DNA of 64,000 nt, taken from contig CBDAPE010000011.1 of the NCBI GenBank assembly GCA_965198325.1, forward strand, positions 47,680 to 111,679. The letters run 5' to 3'. This document shows, in pieces, positions 21,042 to 31,503 of this stretch. The first letter of the stretch is position 1. Each line of letters begins with the position of its first letter. The translations under genes were made by a program, and so were the position numbers. The DNA is from Alphaproteobacteria bacterium. Its GTDB lineage: Bacteria > Pseudomonadota > Alphaproteobacteria > UBA828 > JAPUJA01. Below the pieces are notes generated by a model, which saw nothing but the letters and a program-made list of their open reading frames with translations, did not search any database and had not been told where the DNA came from.

Positions 21042-22037
21042 CTATGTTTCGCGGGACAGCGCGGAGGTCGAGCAGGACACACTGCCGCCCCAGAAACTCA
21101 CCTGATCGTAGGTGATCTGGATCGGCTCGACACCCCGGCGGTTGAGCTCGTCCGCGACCCGGTTGAGCCCCGCGGGCATGACATAGCGCCGATCATCGAG
21201 ACTCACGCCGACGGTGGCGAATGCCTGTGCCTCCTGTTCGGTCAACTCGATGGTTTCCCAATCGCCGAGCGGGCCCGGCAAAGTCTCCTTCACCATCTCA
21301 GGCCGGTAGAGCATCAGCAGGCCTTCGCGGAGCAGACAGGTGATGCCCAGAAGGTGCAGGACGCTCCCCTTCATGGGCACGGGATAGACCGTGTAGCCGA
21401 ACGGCTCGATATAGCGCTTGAGCCAATTCGTGCCTGCCCGGTTGCTGGCGATATCGGATTCGCCCACATAGAGGCAGTTTTTGTAGCGGACGATGTCGCC
21501 GCCCTCGAGATAGGGCCCGGGCCCGGCGCTCGACGGATCGAACGGCTGCGCGGCCGGCATCGCCACGTGACGGGCCGCGGGATCCGTCGCAATCAGCGGC
21601 GCGACGACGTCGCGCAAGGGGAATACCTCCTTACGGCGGTAGGCCCGGCGAATGTTGAGCTCGATGTAATGCTTGCCGATGGTGATCACCGGGTCGGCCG
21701 GATAAAGCAGCGAGGTGCCCGGCTGGAGATCATCCAAGTAGCGCTTCTCCTCCTCGGTGTAGGGCCGCGGGCGAAAGACCGTGATCCCGTTGTTCTCGTA
21801 GAACGCGGCGAGCTGGTCGAGCTGCTCGGCGGTCTTCGCGTAGCGCTCAGGCATGGTCTTCTTGATCGAGGTCGGCTTGCCGTCCGCCGCGATCAACGCC
21901 TCGAGCACCTCGTCGTTGTAGTGATGGAGGGTCGGGTTGAAGGGCGGCAGTGTCAGATTGTCGGCGATGCCGACGACCGCCATACGCAGGCAATCGTAAT
22001 CGGTCTGGGCACCATAGGCGGGTGTGGTCTCGGTCAT
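21042..22037 (-). CDS. Amidinotransferase/pentein-superfamily protein
   Basis: DYDCLRMAVVG, YPADP, EGGD, His in VLHLLG, C-terminal GGSVSC. Confidence 0.8.
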   Translation of the reverse strand: MTETTPAYGAQTDYDCLRMAVVGIADNLTLPPFNPTLHHYNDEVLEALIAADGKPTSIKKTMPERYAKTAEQLDQLAAFYENNGITVFRPRPYTEEEKRYLDDLQPGTSLLYPADPVITIGKHYIELNIRRAYRRKEVFPLRDVVAPLIATDPAARHVAMPAAQPFDPSSAGPGPYLEGGDIVRYKNCLYVGESDIASNRAGTNWLKRYIEPFGYTVYPVPMKGSVLHLLGITCLLREGLLMLYRPEMVKETLPGPLGDWETIELTEQEAQAFATVGVSLDDRRYVMPAGLNRVADELNRRGVEPIQITYDQVSFWGGSVSCSTSALSRET

Positions 22038-22463
22038 CGGTCCTCCACTCGGGGCGAAACGCGCAACGCGCGCCGGGCCGGTCTCGTCCCGATTCCTACC
22101 CCAGAACGGGTCATAGGCAAAACTGAAAAACGGTCAGCTGCGGTGGTCGAACAATCCAGGCCCATGAATTAACGATCCCGCTTGAAGATTTAGAAAGAAA
22201 ATATATGATATTTCAATATTTTATATATAATTCATAAAGTAAATGTAGAGGTATGGTCGAGGTCCCGAGCATTTCCTCGCGCGGGGAGTTATCCACCGGC
22301 GGTACGATCCACCGGAGAGCCTCGGGCGGTCGATCAGTGGCGAGCCACGGGAGGTGTGTGAATTTTTGGGGCGACCCTTTCTCGCTTGTCTGGCAAAATG
22401 ACCTAGGTTAGAAGAAAGCCAATGTCGCTCGACCCGAGAGCGGCAGCCAAGGAGGCCTTTTTC

Positions 22464-23447
22464 ATGCAGGTAATTCTCGCCGAGCCCCGCGGTTTCTGCG
22501 CCGGTGTCGAACGCGCCATCGAGATCGTCGAGCGGGCCATCGAGCTTTATGGCCCGCCGGTTTATGTGCGCCACGAGATCGTGCACAACAAGCGCGTGGT
22601 GACCGAGCTGCAGAAGAAGGGCGCGCGCTTCGTCGAGGAGCTGAGCGAAATACCGGATGGCGCGGTGACCATCTTTTCCGCGCACGGCGTTTCCAAGACC
22701 GTAGCCGACGAGGCCAAGCGGCGTGACCTGCCGGTGATCGACGCGACCTGCCCGCTCGTCGCCAAGGTTCATATCGAGGCCCAGCGTTACGCCAACGAAG
22801 GCCGCGAAGTCATCCTGATCGGTCATAAGGGACATCCGGAAGTCGAGGGTACTTCGGGCCGCGTCGCGGGCGGCCTGCAAATCGTCTCGTCGATCCAGGA
22901 CGTCCAGAATCTTCAGGTCCGCGACCCAGACAAGGTGGCCTACGTGACCCAGACGACGCTCGCGGTGGACGACACCCGCGAAGTGATCGAGGCGCTCCAC
23001 GATCGGTTTGCCAACATCGTCGGCCCAAACGTCAAGGACATCTGTTACGCCACTCAGAACCGTCAGACGGCCCTGCGTCAGCTCGCCGAGGAAGTCGAGT
23101 TGATCCTCGTACTGGGTGCGAAAAACAGCTCTAATTCCAACCGGTTACGAGAAATCGGCGAAGAGATGAGCGTGCCCGCCTACATGATCGACGACGCCGG
23201 AGATGTCGACCCGAGCTGGTTCGACGGCATCGTCCGGGTGGGCATTACCGCCGGCGCCTCGGCTCCGGAGAAACTCGTCCAGGAATTGATCGAACGGCTT
23301 CGCGGGCTCGACGCCGTCGACCTTCATGTGCTCGACGGCATCAAGGAGCGGGTCCGCTTCAAGCTGCCCAAGGAGCTCAGCGATCATGACGTGGCGGTGA
23401 CCTATGGCGAGCGCGGCTCCGGCCCGGCGCCCGCACCGAACCCGTAA
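22464..23447 (+). CDS. ispH: 4-hydroxy-3-methylbut-2-enyl diphosphate reductase
   Basis: [40 protein letters not shown]. Confidence 0.97.
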   Translation: MQVILAEPRGFCAGVERAIEIVERAIELYGPPVYVRHEIVHNKRVVTELQKKGARFVEELSEIPDGAVTIFSAHGVSKTVADEAKRRDLPVIDATCPLVAKVHIEAQRYANEGREVILIGHKGHPEVEGTSGRVAGGLQIVSSIQDVQNLQVRDPDKVAYVTQTTLAVDDTREVIEALHDRFANIVGPNVKDICYATQNRQTALRQLAEEVELILVLGAKNSSNSNRLREIGEEMSVPAYMIDDAGDVDPSWFDGIVRVGITAGASAPEKLVQELIERLRGLDAVDLHVLDGIKERVRFKLPKELSDHDVAVTYGERGSGPAPAPNP

Positions 23448-23465
23448 ATAGTCGGATTTGAGGCG

Positions 23466-24608
23466 ATGTCGGTTCCCTTGATCCAGAAGCTCCGTGTGGG
23501 CGGTTACCTGATCGGCAAGAAGCTCAGGGGCGAGAGTCGCTATCCGCTGGTACTCATGCTCGAGCCCCTGTTCCGGTGCAATCTGGCCTGTCCGGGTTGC
23601 GGCAAGATCGACTATCCCGACCCGATCCTGAACAAACGGCTCTCGGTTCAGGAATGCCTCGACGCGGTCGACGAATGCGGCGCACCGATGGTCTCGATTC
23701 CGGGCGGCGAACCGCTGATCCACAAGGAGATGAGGCAGATCGTCGAGGGCATCGTCGCGCGCAAGAAGTTCGTCTATCTGTGCACCAACGCGCTGCTGCT
23801 CGAGAAAAAGCTCGACGAGTACACGCCGAGCAAGTACCTCACGCTCTCGGTGCATCTCGACGGCTATGGCGAGCACCACGACAAGGCGGTGGATCAGGCC
23901 GGCACCTTCGAGCGCGCGGTCTCGGCGATCCGCGCGGCAAAGGCCAAGGGCTTCCGAGTGAACGTGAACTGCACCCTGTTCAACAACGCCGTGCCCGACG
24001 ACATGGCGATGTTCTTCGACTATGTCACCGACGAGCTGAAAGTCGAAGCGATCACGCTCTCGCCCGGCTACAGCTACGAACGCGCACCCGACCAGGAGCA
24101 TTTCCTGACCCGCGAAACCACCAAAAACCTATTCCGCGACATCTTCCGCCTCGGCCGCGGCAGGAAATGGCAATTTAGCGAATCGAGCCTGTTTCTCGAC
24201 TTCTTGGCGGGCAACCAGACCTATCACTGCACGCCCTGGGGCAACCCGACCCGCAACATCTTCGGCTGGCAACGCCCCTGCTACCTGCTCGGCGAAGGCT
24301 ATGTCGGCTCTTTCAAGGATCTGATGGAAGAAACCGAGTGGGAAAAATACGGCACCGGCGCCTACGAGAAGTGCTCGAACTGCATGGTCCATTGCGGTTA
24401 CGAGGCGACGGCCGTCGAGGATACGTTCAGGCACCCCCTGCGGACCCTGGCAGTGGCGCTGAAGGGTGTGCGCACCGAGGGCTCGATGGCTCCGGAAATC
24501 CCGCTCGACCGGGCCCGGCCAGCCGAATACGTGTTCGAATCACACGTCGAGAAGGCTCTCGCGGAGGCCGAAACCGAGGAGCGGGGCCGCCGCAGCGACG
24601 CGGCGTAG
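23466..24608 (+). CDS. hpnH: Adenosylhopane-forming radical SAM enzyme HpnH
   Basis: LMLEPLFRCNLACPGCGK, CTPWGNPTRN, CSNCMVHCGYE; located in hopanoid cluster. Confidence 0.95.
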   Translation: MSVPLIQKLRVGGYLIGKKLRGESRYPLVLMLEPLFRCNLACPGCGKIDYPDPILNKRLSVQECLDAVDECGAPMVSIPGGEPLIHKEMRQIVEGIVARKKFVYLCTNALLLEKKLDEYTPSKYLTLSVHLDGYGEHHDKAVDQAGTFERAVSAIRAAKAKGFRVNVNCTLFNNAVPDDMAMFFDYVTDELKVEAITLSPGYSYERAPDQEHFLTRETTKNLFRDIFRLGRGRKWQFSESSLFLDFLAGNQTYHCTPWGNPTRNIFGWQRPCYLLGEGYVGSFKDLMEETEWEKYGTGAYEKCSNCMVHCGYEATAVEDTFRHPLRTLAVALKGVRTEGSMAPEIPLDRARPAEYVFESHVEKALAEAETEERGRRSDAA

Positions 24609-25250
24609 GGAGCGGAGCGCCGCCAGTTCGTCGCGCGCAATCCGGACTACCGCCGGCAGTTCCCACGGACGCATAAGCAATCCGACAAGCCCGGCGACGG
24701 GCCGGATTTGGCCATCCGGTCCAAATGCCCGCATCGCAGCCCAAGGGATGCGATGACGGGCGGGATCGGAGATCACCCGGGCGACCAGGAACGGCACGTG
24801 ACAATCCTTCGCGACATGGGCAACCGCATGGCTCTCCATGTCGACGGCCTGCGCGCCACTCCGGGTTCCGAGCCGGGCCTTGGCTTGCACCCCTGCGACG
24901 GCTTCGTCGACACCAAGCAGGGGGCCGCCCGCGACCCCGCTCCCGACCCGTCCACGCAAGGCTTCCCGCCAGACGGGATCGGTTGCATACCGGGCACCGC
25001 CCGAATCCAGGACAGCATCCGGAAGAATGACCGCGCCCGCGCCAAGCGCGGGATCGAGACCGCCCGCCGTGCCGAAACTCGCCAGTCCGAGGGCGCCCTC
25101 CTCAATCAGCTCGCGGGCGGCCCGCTCGGCCGCAAGGGGCCCGAAGGCTGATGCCACCATAAGGGCCGGCGTGTTATCGAATGTGGATCGGGTGGGATCG
25201 AGGCAGGCCGCCTCGCTGGTCAGGCCGGTCACGACTCCGAGACGGGTCAC
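24540..25250 (-). CDS. hpnG: Hopanoid-associated phosphorylase/nucleosidase HpnG
   Basis: GTG start overlapping the shc stop; SFGTAGGLDP, VDMES, RVISD; 3' end overlaps hpnH by 69 bp. Confidence 0.85.
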   Translation of the reverse strand: MTRLGVVTGLTSEAACLDPTRSTFDNTPALMVASAFGPLAAERAARELIEEGALGLASFGTAGGLDPALGAGAVILPDAVLDSGGARYATDPVWREALRGRVGSGVAGGPLLGVDEAVAGVQAKARLGTRSGAQAVDMESHAVAHVAKDCHVPFLVARVISDPARHRIPWAAMRAFGPDGQIRPVAGLVGLLMRPWELPAVVRIARDELAALRSLRRVAAAAPLLGFGLRESLLDV

Positions 25251-27244
25251 ATGCCCCAGGGGGTGCACTTGGTATTGCCATCGCGCAAGAGTCGGTAGCG
25301 GGCAAGCGCCCAAAGCGGGTAGTAGACGCTGTAGCCGTGATATCGGAGGTAGAAGATGCGGGGAAAGCCCACGGCCGTGTATTCCTGCTCCGCCCATTTC
25401 GCACCACCCATGACGCGTGGGCAGCGGACCAGATAATCTATCCCCCGCTCGACCGCATCGCTCTCGACCTCGCCGGCGGCCATGAGGCCGAGCAGCGCCC
25501 AGGCGGTCTGGGACGGCGTGCTGGTCTTCTGTTGGCTCCGAGACAGTTGTTCCTTGTAATAGGACTCCCCAGTTTCTCCCCAGCCGCCATCTTCGCGTTG
25601 CTTGGATTTGAGCCAGTCGACGGCGTGCCGGACGCACGGCCCGTTCGGGTCTTCGCCCAAAGCATTGAGCGCGCAAAGCGCCGACCAGGTCCCGTAAATG
25701 TAGTTCGTTCCCCACCGGCCATACCATGACCCGTCTTTTTCCTGCTCCCGGTAGAGGAACCGCACGCCCCTCTTGATCGTGGCGTGGTCACGTGGATAGC
25801 CGATTTGGGTCAGAAAGCTCAAGCACCGAGCGGTCACGTCGATTTCCGGCGGATCGAGCAGCGCACCGTGATCGGCGAACGGGATGTAATTTAGGTAGGT
25901 GTGGGTATTGTCGACGTCGAACGCGCCGAACCCGCCATTGTTACTCTGAATCCCTTCGATCCATTCGGCTGCGCGGCCGATCGCCTCTTTGTAGCGTTCA
26001 GGATCGGCCCGGTGCATCGCCATGGCGACGACAGCCGTGTCGTCGACATCCGGGTAGTAATCGTTGCGGTACTGAAACGCCCAGCCGCCTGGCCTCAGGC
26101 CCGGGCGGCGCTTGATCCAGTCGCCGTCGACATCGAGAATCTGCCGATCCCTGAGCCAGTCGAGCGCCTTGTGCATGCAGTCGCTGTCACCTGGCTCGCC
26201 CGTCTCGATCAAGGCGAGAGCGCCCAGGCAGGTGTCCCAGATCGGCGACAGACAGGGTTGCACATAGCGTGTCCCGTCGTCGGTCTCTTGGGAGACAAGC
26301 TTCTCGACCGAGCGCTTGGCTATCTGACGGGTCGGATCGTCCTTCGGATAGCCCAGCACGTCGAGTGCCATCAACGCGTTAGCCATGGCCGGATAAATCG
26401 CGCCGAGCCCGTCTTCGCCGTTGAGGCGGAGTTGAATCCACTCCAGCGCCCGGTTGACCGCCTTGCGGCGCACGGCCCCGGGGATCATCGGCTCGCAAAG
26501 CTTCAGCAATCCGTCGAGCCCCAGAAACAGCCGCCCGAGAGGCGCCTTCTGATCCTTGAAGTGGTGGCGCTCCTCTTCCGGCGGCGTGATGAACAGCTCG
26601 CGCACGTCGACGTTACCGGGATTCCTCGCGCAGGGACGGTAGGCCTGCAGGACGAGAAGCGGCGTGATAACCGTCCGCGACCAGTAAGAAACTTTATCCA
26701 GATGGAACGGGAACCACGACGGCAGCAGCATGATCTCGACGGGCATGGTGGGCACGGCGCGCCACGGCATCTGGCCGAACAGGGCCAGCGCGATGCGGGT
26801 AAACACATTGGCCCGTGCGGCTCCACCCATAGACAGGATCAACTCGCGGGCGCGCGTCATGTGGGGCAACTCCGGCGCATCGCCGACCAGCTTGAGCGCG
26901 TAATACCCCTTGATCGTCGCACTCAGGTCCGGAGCACCGTCGTGAAACAGCGGCCAGCCGCCGTCCTCTTGCTGAATCGCCCGAATATAATTCGCAATCT
27001 TTCCCTCGAGCGGTGAATCGCGCTCGTCGAGGTAATGAAGAAGCATGATGTATTCGGCCGGAATCGTAACATCGGCTTCCAGTTCGTAAAGCCAGTGTCC
27101 GTCCTCTTTCTGGTGGGATTTAAAGGCGCCCTTCGCATCCGCAATCACGGAATGAAGCGCGGCGCTCATGCTCGAATTACCCTGCCCCGCATGGAATTGA
27201 GTGTCGTCCAACGACCGGTCAGCGCTGCTGTCGGTAATCGTCAT
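25247..27244 (-). CDS. shc: Squalene-hopene cyclase
   Basis: YPDVDDTA (DxDD), QW repeats (QQEDGGW, QEKDGSW, QREDGGW), GRWGTNYIYG. Confidence 0.97.
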   Translation of the reverse strand: MTITDSSADRSLDDTQFHAGQGNSSMSAALHSVIADAKGAFKSHQKEDGHWLYELEADVTIPAEYIMLLHYLDERDSPLEGKIANYIRAIQQEDGGWPLFHDGAPDLSATIKGYYALKLVGDAPELPHMTRARELILSMGGAARANVFTRIALALFGQMPWRAVPTMPVEIMLLPSWFPFHLDKVSYWSRTVITPLLVLQAYRPCARNPGNVDVRELFITPPEEERHHFKDQKAPLGRLFLGLDGLLKLCEPMIPGAVRRKAVNRALEWIQLRLNGEDGLGAIYPAMANALMALDVLGYPKDDPTRQIAKRSVEKLVSQETDDGTRYVQPCLSPIWDTCLGALALIETGEPGDSDCMHKALDWLRDRQILDVDGDWIKRRPGLRPGGWAFQYRNDYYPDVDDTAVVAMAMHRADPERYKEAIGRAAEWIEGIQSNNGGFGAFDVDNTHTYLNYIPFADHGALLDPPEIDVTARCLSFLTQIGYPRDHATIKRGVRFLYREQEKDGSWYGRWGTNYIYGTWSALCALNALGEDPNGPCVRHAVDWLKSKQREDGGWGETGESYYKEQLSRSQQKTSTPSQTAWALLGLMAAGEVESDAVERGIDYLVRCPRVMGGAKWAEQEYTAVGFPRIFYLRYHGYSVYYPLWALARYRLLRDGNTKCTPWGM

Positions 27245-27278
27245 GAGCTGTACGAAAAGCCCCGGCCTGCGTCGGCCG

Positions 27279-29204
27279 TCAGGCCCCTTTCGCGACGTCC
27301 GTGCGCTCGGCGCCCAACGCGTCGAGAGCGGTCGTCAGGATATGTGCCGCATCGAGGCCGGCATCCTCGTACATGCCCTTCGGTGTGCCATGCGCGATGA
27401 ACCGGTCGGGCAGCATCATCGGGCGGATCTTCAGGCCGTCGTCCAATAGACCGTTCGATGCCAGGAAGGTGAGAACATGGGCGCCAAAGCCACCGATGGA
27501 GCCCTCCTCGATCGTGATCAGCACCTCGTGCCCGGCAACCAGGCGGCGGATCATATCCTCGTCGAGGGGTTTGGCGAACCGGGCGTCGGCGACCGTGGCG
27601 GAGAGGCCGCGCGCGCCAAGCTCATCGGCCGCGCTCAGACACTCCTGCAGGCGGCCGCCGAACGACAGAATCGCGACCGCAGAGCCCTCGCGCAGAATGC
27701 GCCCCTTGCCGATTTCGAGCGCCACGCCGCGTTCAGGCATCTCGACGCCGACCGCCTCGCCGCGCGGGTAGCGGAGCGCGCTCGGGCGATCGTCGATCTC
27801 GACCTGGGTCCGAACCATATGGACCAGCTCGGCCTCATCCGCCGCCGCCATGATGACGAAATTCGGCAAGGTGCCGAGATAGGCGATGTCGAAGGAGCCC
27901 GCGTGAGTTGGCCCGTCCGCGCCAACCAGGCCAGCCCGGTCGATCGCGAATCGCACCGGCAAAATCTGGATCGCGACGTCGTGAACGACCTGATCGTAGG
28001 CCCGCTGGAGGAAAGTTGAATAAATCGCGGCGAACGGCTTGAAGCCCTCGGCGGCCAGTCCGGCAGCAAATGTGACCCCATGCTGCTCCGCAAGACCTAC
28101 GTCGAACGATCGTTCGGGGAACTCTTCGGCAAACTTGTCGACGCCGGTGCCGTCAGGCATCGCCGCTGTGATCGCAATAATTTTGTCGTCTTCCTTGGCC
28201 TCGGCGATCAGCGATTTGGCAAAGACCGAGGTGTAGCTCGGTGCGTTGCCCTTTTTCTTGTCCTGTTTCCCCGTCACGACATTGAACTTGCCGACGCCGT
28301 GAAACTTGTCGGCAGCCTGTTCCGCCGGCTCGTAACCGTGGCCTTTTTGCGTGACCGCGTGGATCAGAACCGGGCCCGGCGTGTCGTCGTCGCGGACGTT
28401 TTTGAGGATAGGCACGAGGTGGTCAAGATTGTGCCCATCAATCGGCCCGATGTAGAAAAAACCCAGCTCCTCGAACAACGTGCCGCCGGTTGCCATGCCG
28501 CGGGCATATTCCTCCGTCCGCTTCATCGCCGTCTCGAGCGAGCGCGGGAAGTGGCGAACGACGTCCTTCGCCTTGCTCCGGACTGACCGGAAGGAGTGAG
28601 ACGAAAGCAAGCGCGAAAGATAAGCCGATAGCGCGCCGACGGGCGGCGCGATCGACATGTCGTTGTCGTTCAGAATGACAATCAGGCGCTGGTCCATCGA
28701 GCCGGCGTTGTTCATCGCCTCATAGGCCAGACCGGCGGTCATGGCGCCATCGCCGACCACGCAGATGATGTTGCGCGATTCGTTCTTGAGATCGCGGGCG
28801 ACGGCCATGCCCAACCCGGCCGACATCGCGGTTGAGCTATGCGCGGCACCAAAGGGGTCATACTCGCTTTCGGTGCGCTTGGTAAAGCCGTAGAGCCCAC
28901 CCGGCTGGCGCAAGGTTCGAATGCGGTCGCGCCGACCGGTCAGGACCTTGTGGGGGTAAGCCTGATGGCCGACGTCGAAGATCAGACGGTCCTCGGGTGC
29001 GCTGAAGATGTGATGAATTGCGACCGTCAACTCGACCACCCCGAGCCCGGCTCCCAGATGGCCGCCTGTCGTGGAGACGGCGTCGATGACCTCCGCGCGC
29101 ACTTCGTCGGCGAGCTGCTTGAGCTCGTTCATCTTGAAATCGCGGAAATCCGCTGGAACGTTCACCTGGTCCAACAGCGGTGTCTTTGATCGTTCCGACA
29201 ACAC
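27279..29204 (-). CDS. dxs: 1-deoxy-D-xylulose-5-phosphate synthase
   Basis: [41 protein letters not shown]. Confidence 0.97.
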   Translation of the reverse strand: MLSERSKTPLLDQVNVPADFRDFKMNELKQLADEVRAEVIDAVSTTGGHLGAGLGVVELTVAIHHIFSAPEDRLIFDVGHQAYPHKVLTGRRDRIRTLRQPGGLYGFTKRTESEYDPFGAAHSSTAMSAGLGMAVARDLKNESRNIICVVGDGAMTAGLAYEAMNNAGSMDQRLIVILNDNDMSIAPPVGALSAYLSRLLSSHSFRSVRSKAKDVVRHFPRSLETAMKRTEEYARGMATGGTLFEELGFFYIGPIDGHNLDHLVPILKNVRDDDTPGPVLIHAVTQKGHGYEPAEQAADKFHGVGKFNVVTGKQDKKKGNAPSYTSVFAKSLIAEAKEDDKIIAITAAMPDGTGVDKFAEEFPERSFDVGLAEQHGVTFAAGLAAEGFKPFAAIYSTFLQRAYDQVVHDVAIQILPVRFAIDRAGLVGADGPTHAGSFDIAYLGTLPNFVIMAAADEAELVHMVRTQVEIDDRPSALRYPRGEAVGVEMPERGVALEIGKGRILREGSAVAILSFGGRLQECLSAADELGARGLSATVADARFAKPLDEDMIRRLVAGHEVLITIEEGSIGGFGAHVLTFLASNGLLDDGLKIRPMMLPDRFIAHGTPKGMYEDAGLDAAHILTTALDALGAERTDVAKGA

Positions 29205-29380
29205 GTCCCCCGCTTCTGTTCTTGTCGGTCGGCACGGTGTCGAGAAGCCGTGAAACCGCAGCCGTGCGAATCAACAAACGTAGCAAATTATTGAAAATCC
29301 ACAAAATCCAGAATTCGTATTGTATATCAAGCGGTTGTATTTATCCAGTCCAAGCGGGTCCCTATGATGTGACGGATTTA

Positions 29381-30415
29381 TTAATCGGGCCCGTGCCGGT
29401 AGGTATAGCGGAGACCGAAGCTATCGAGGTCCTCATTGGCTGAGGCGAGGCGTCCGTTCGATATGTGGTCGAGTACGAGGGAAATAGCGTGCCGCCCGTC
29501 CAGCCGATAACCCAATTCGGCCCCTTCCCGGAACAGAAATCGAACCCCCAGTTCCTTTTCATCGGTTCCGCCGGACGCCCGCAGTTTGCCGTCGTGAAAG
29601 GCTAGGCCAAAGTCGGCGCCGAAGAACAGTCTGTAACCGAGGTCGAATTGCCAGCTGAAGCCACCGAACCATTGGCTTGTGTCGCCTGCCGTGCTGATAT
29701 GAAACCCGGTGTGCGGCTTCGGATTGGCGATCAGATCCCAGAATTCACCGTGCAAGGTTTGAAACCGGATTCCGAAATCGATCGCGCCGACGCTTTCCTC
29801 CTTTGAGCGCCCGAAGACGCCCGCGTCGTGTGCCATGCCGCCCAACCAGAGCTCCGTAATGCCGGCCTCGTGGAGAGACGTCGCCAAATCAGTCGCGTAT
29901 ATGGGCGTCGCCGGCTCGGGCGCCTCGGCAACGGCCATGGGCGCAGGTACGGTGTAGACGGGTGCCGGAGCCGGTTGCAGATAACTCGGCGTCACATAGA
30001 CTGGCGCGGGTGCGGGCGTGACCGGTGCCGGTTGGGCGACCATCGTGGTTTGTGCGCCACCACCAAATGCTGCCGAGAAGGCGGGGAACGCTTCACTCGC
30101 GGCAGCCACGATCGTCGGGCCATAAGCCGGGGTTAGGCCGATCGCTTCCTGCACGATGGGCGCCGCGTAAGCCGGATGCTGGGAAATCGCCACGACCACG
30201 GCGTGAGCCATGACCGATTCGCCACTTCGAAAGCCCGAATCGCCAATCCGGGGCTCATTTGCCATACTCCGGGCGATCGCCGCCGCCATCTGAAGCTCCT
30301 GGCTCAAGGCCGGTGGAAGGATGGCCTGCGAAAGCGCACCCGGCACAGCGAACAGCAGGACCGCCAGCGCCAGCGTCGGCGCCGCCAGCAGGCGGAGGCG
30401 TGAGGTCCGTTTCAT
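29381..30415 (-). CDS. PagL-like lipid A deacylase (acyloxyacyl hydrolase) with N-terminal repeat domain
   Basis: Signal peptide; C-terminal beta-barrel pattern PHTG...LGVRFLFREGAELGY...HISNG...DSFGLRY. Confidence 0.75.
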   Translation of the reverse strand: MKRTSRLRLLAAPTLALAVLLFAVPGALSQAILPPALSQELQMAAAIARSMANEPRIGDSGFRSGESVMAHAVVVAISQHPAYAAPIVQEAIGLTPAYGPTIVAAASEAFPAFSAAFGGGAQTTMVAQPAPVTPAPAPVYVTPSYLQPAPAPVYTVPAPMAVAEAPEPATPIYATDLATSLHEAGITELWLGGMAHDAGVFGRSKEESVGAIDFGIRFQTLHGEFWDLIANPKPHTGFHISTAGDTSQWFGGFSWQFDLGYRLFFGADFGLAFHDGKLRASGGTDEKELGVRFLFREGAELGYRLDGRHAISLVLDHISNGRLASANEDLDSFGLRYTYRHGPD

Positions 30416-30495
30416 GGCCGCTCAGTGTTCGGTCCGGCAGATTAAATTACAACCGTAAACTCCGCCCTGTCGTGGAGGGCCCCGGGGGGCGGGAC

Positions 30496-31503
30496 TCAAT
30501 TCTCGTCAGCCGGGAAACCGAGATAGCCGTGTGAACGGAACCAGTCGATCGCGTCCTCGAGCGCATCGTGCACGGGGCGGGTCTCGTAGCCCAGATCACG
30601 CCGTGCCTTATCGATGGAGAAATACATCTTCTTGCGCGCGAGCTTGACACCATCGACAGTCACCCTCGGCGTTCCGCCACTCAGCCGGGCCCAGGTCTCG
30701 GCGAGAACGGCGATTGGCAAGACCGCAGCGTTGGGCAGGCGAATCCGGGGTGGCGCCCGGCCGACGATCGCGGCGATGTCGATGAGCAACGCCCGCAGGC
30801 TGAGATTTTCGCCGCCGAGGATATATCGTTCGCCGACGACGCCGCGCTCGAAGGCCAGCAAATGTCCCGCCGCGCAGTCGTCGACATGAACGAAATTCAA
30901 TCCAGTGTCCACATAGGCGGGCATCCGGCCGCTCGCGGCCTCGACGACCAGCAGGCCGGTCGGCGTCGGGCGAATATCCCGAGGGCCGATCGGGGTGGAC
31001 GGATTGACAATCACGACGGGTGCGCCCTCGGCCGCAATCAGTCCGCGAACCGCCTCCTCGGCGAGGTATTTCGATCGCTTGTAGTGACCGATCATGGCGT
31101 CCACCGTGACCGGGGTTGCCTCGTCCGCGGGGCTGCCGTCAAGGTTGAGCCCAAGCGCCGCGACGCTGCTCGTATAGACGATTCGTGACACGCCGGCTTC
31201 GCAGGCCGCCCGGACGAGGGCGCGGCTCCCTTCGACATTGACGGCGTAGATTCGCTCAGGATCGGGAACCCACAGCCGATAGTCCGCGGCCACGTGAAAC
31301 AGCGCGTCGCAGCCCTTGATTGCGCGGGCAAGCGACGCGGAATCCGTCAAATCGCCCTCCACGGTCTCGACCGCAAGATCGGCGATGTTGCTTCGATCGG
31401 AGCCGGAGCGCACCAAGGTCCGGACGACGTGATCCGCCTCGAGCAGCCGGCGAGTCACCGCAGCGCCGACGAAACCGGTCGCCCCAGTGACGAGCGTCGT
31501 CAT
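30496..31503 (-). CDS. hpnA: Hopanoid-associated sugar epimerase HpnA
   Basis: TGATGFVG, HVAADYRLWVPD, YKRSK, PTPTG, GRMPAYVDTG. Confidence 0.93.
   Translation of the reverse strand: MTTLVTGATGFVGAAVTRRLLEADHVVRTLVRSGSDRSNIADLAVETVEGDLTDSASLARAIKGCDALFHVAADYRLWVPDPERIYAVNVEGSRALVRAACEAGVSRIVYTSSVAALGLNLDGSPADEATPVTVDAMIGHYKRSKYLAEEAVRGLIAAEGAPVVIVNPSTPIGPRDIRPTPTGLLVVEAASGRMPAYVDTGLNFVHVDDCAAGHLLAFERGVVGERYILGGENLSLRALLIDIAAIVGRAPPRIRLPNAAVLPIAVLAETWARLSGGTPRVTVDGVKLARKKMYFSIDKARRDLGYETRPVHDALEDAIDWFRSHGYLGFPADEN

Noticed and set aside
22185-22320. Replication origin
   Set aside because: Only one imperfect DnaA box and no hemE, dnaA or parAB context
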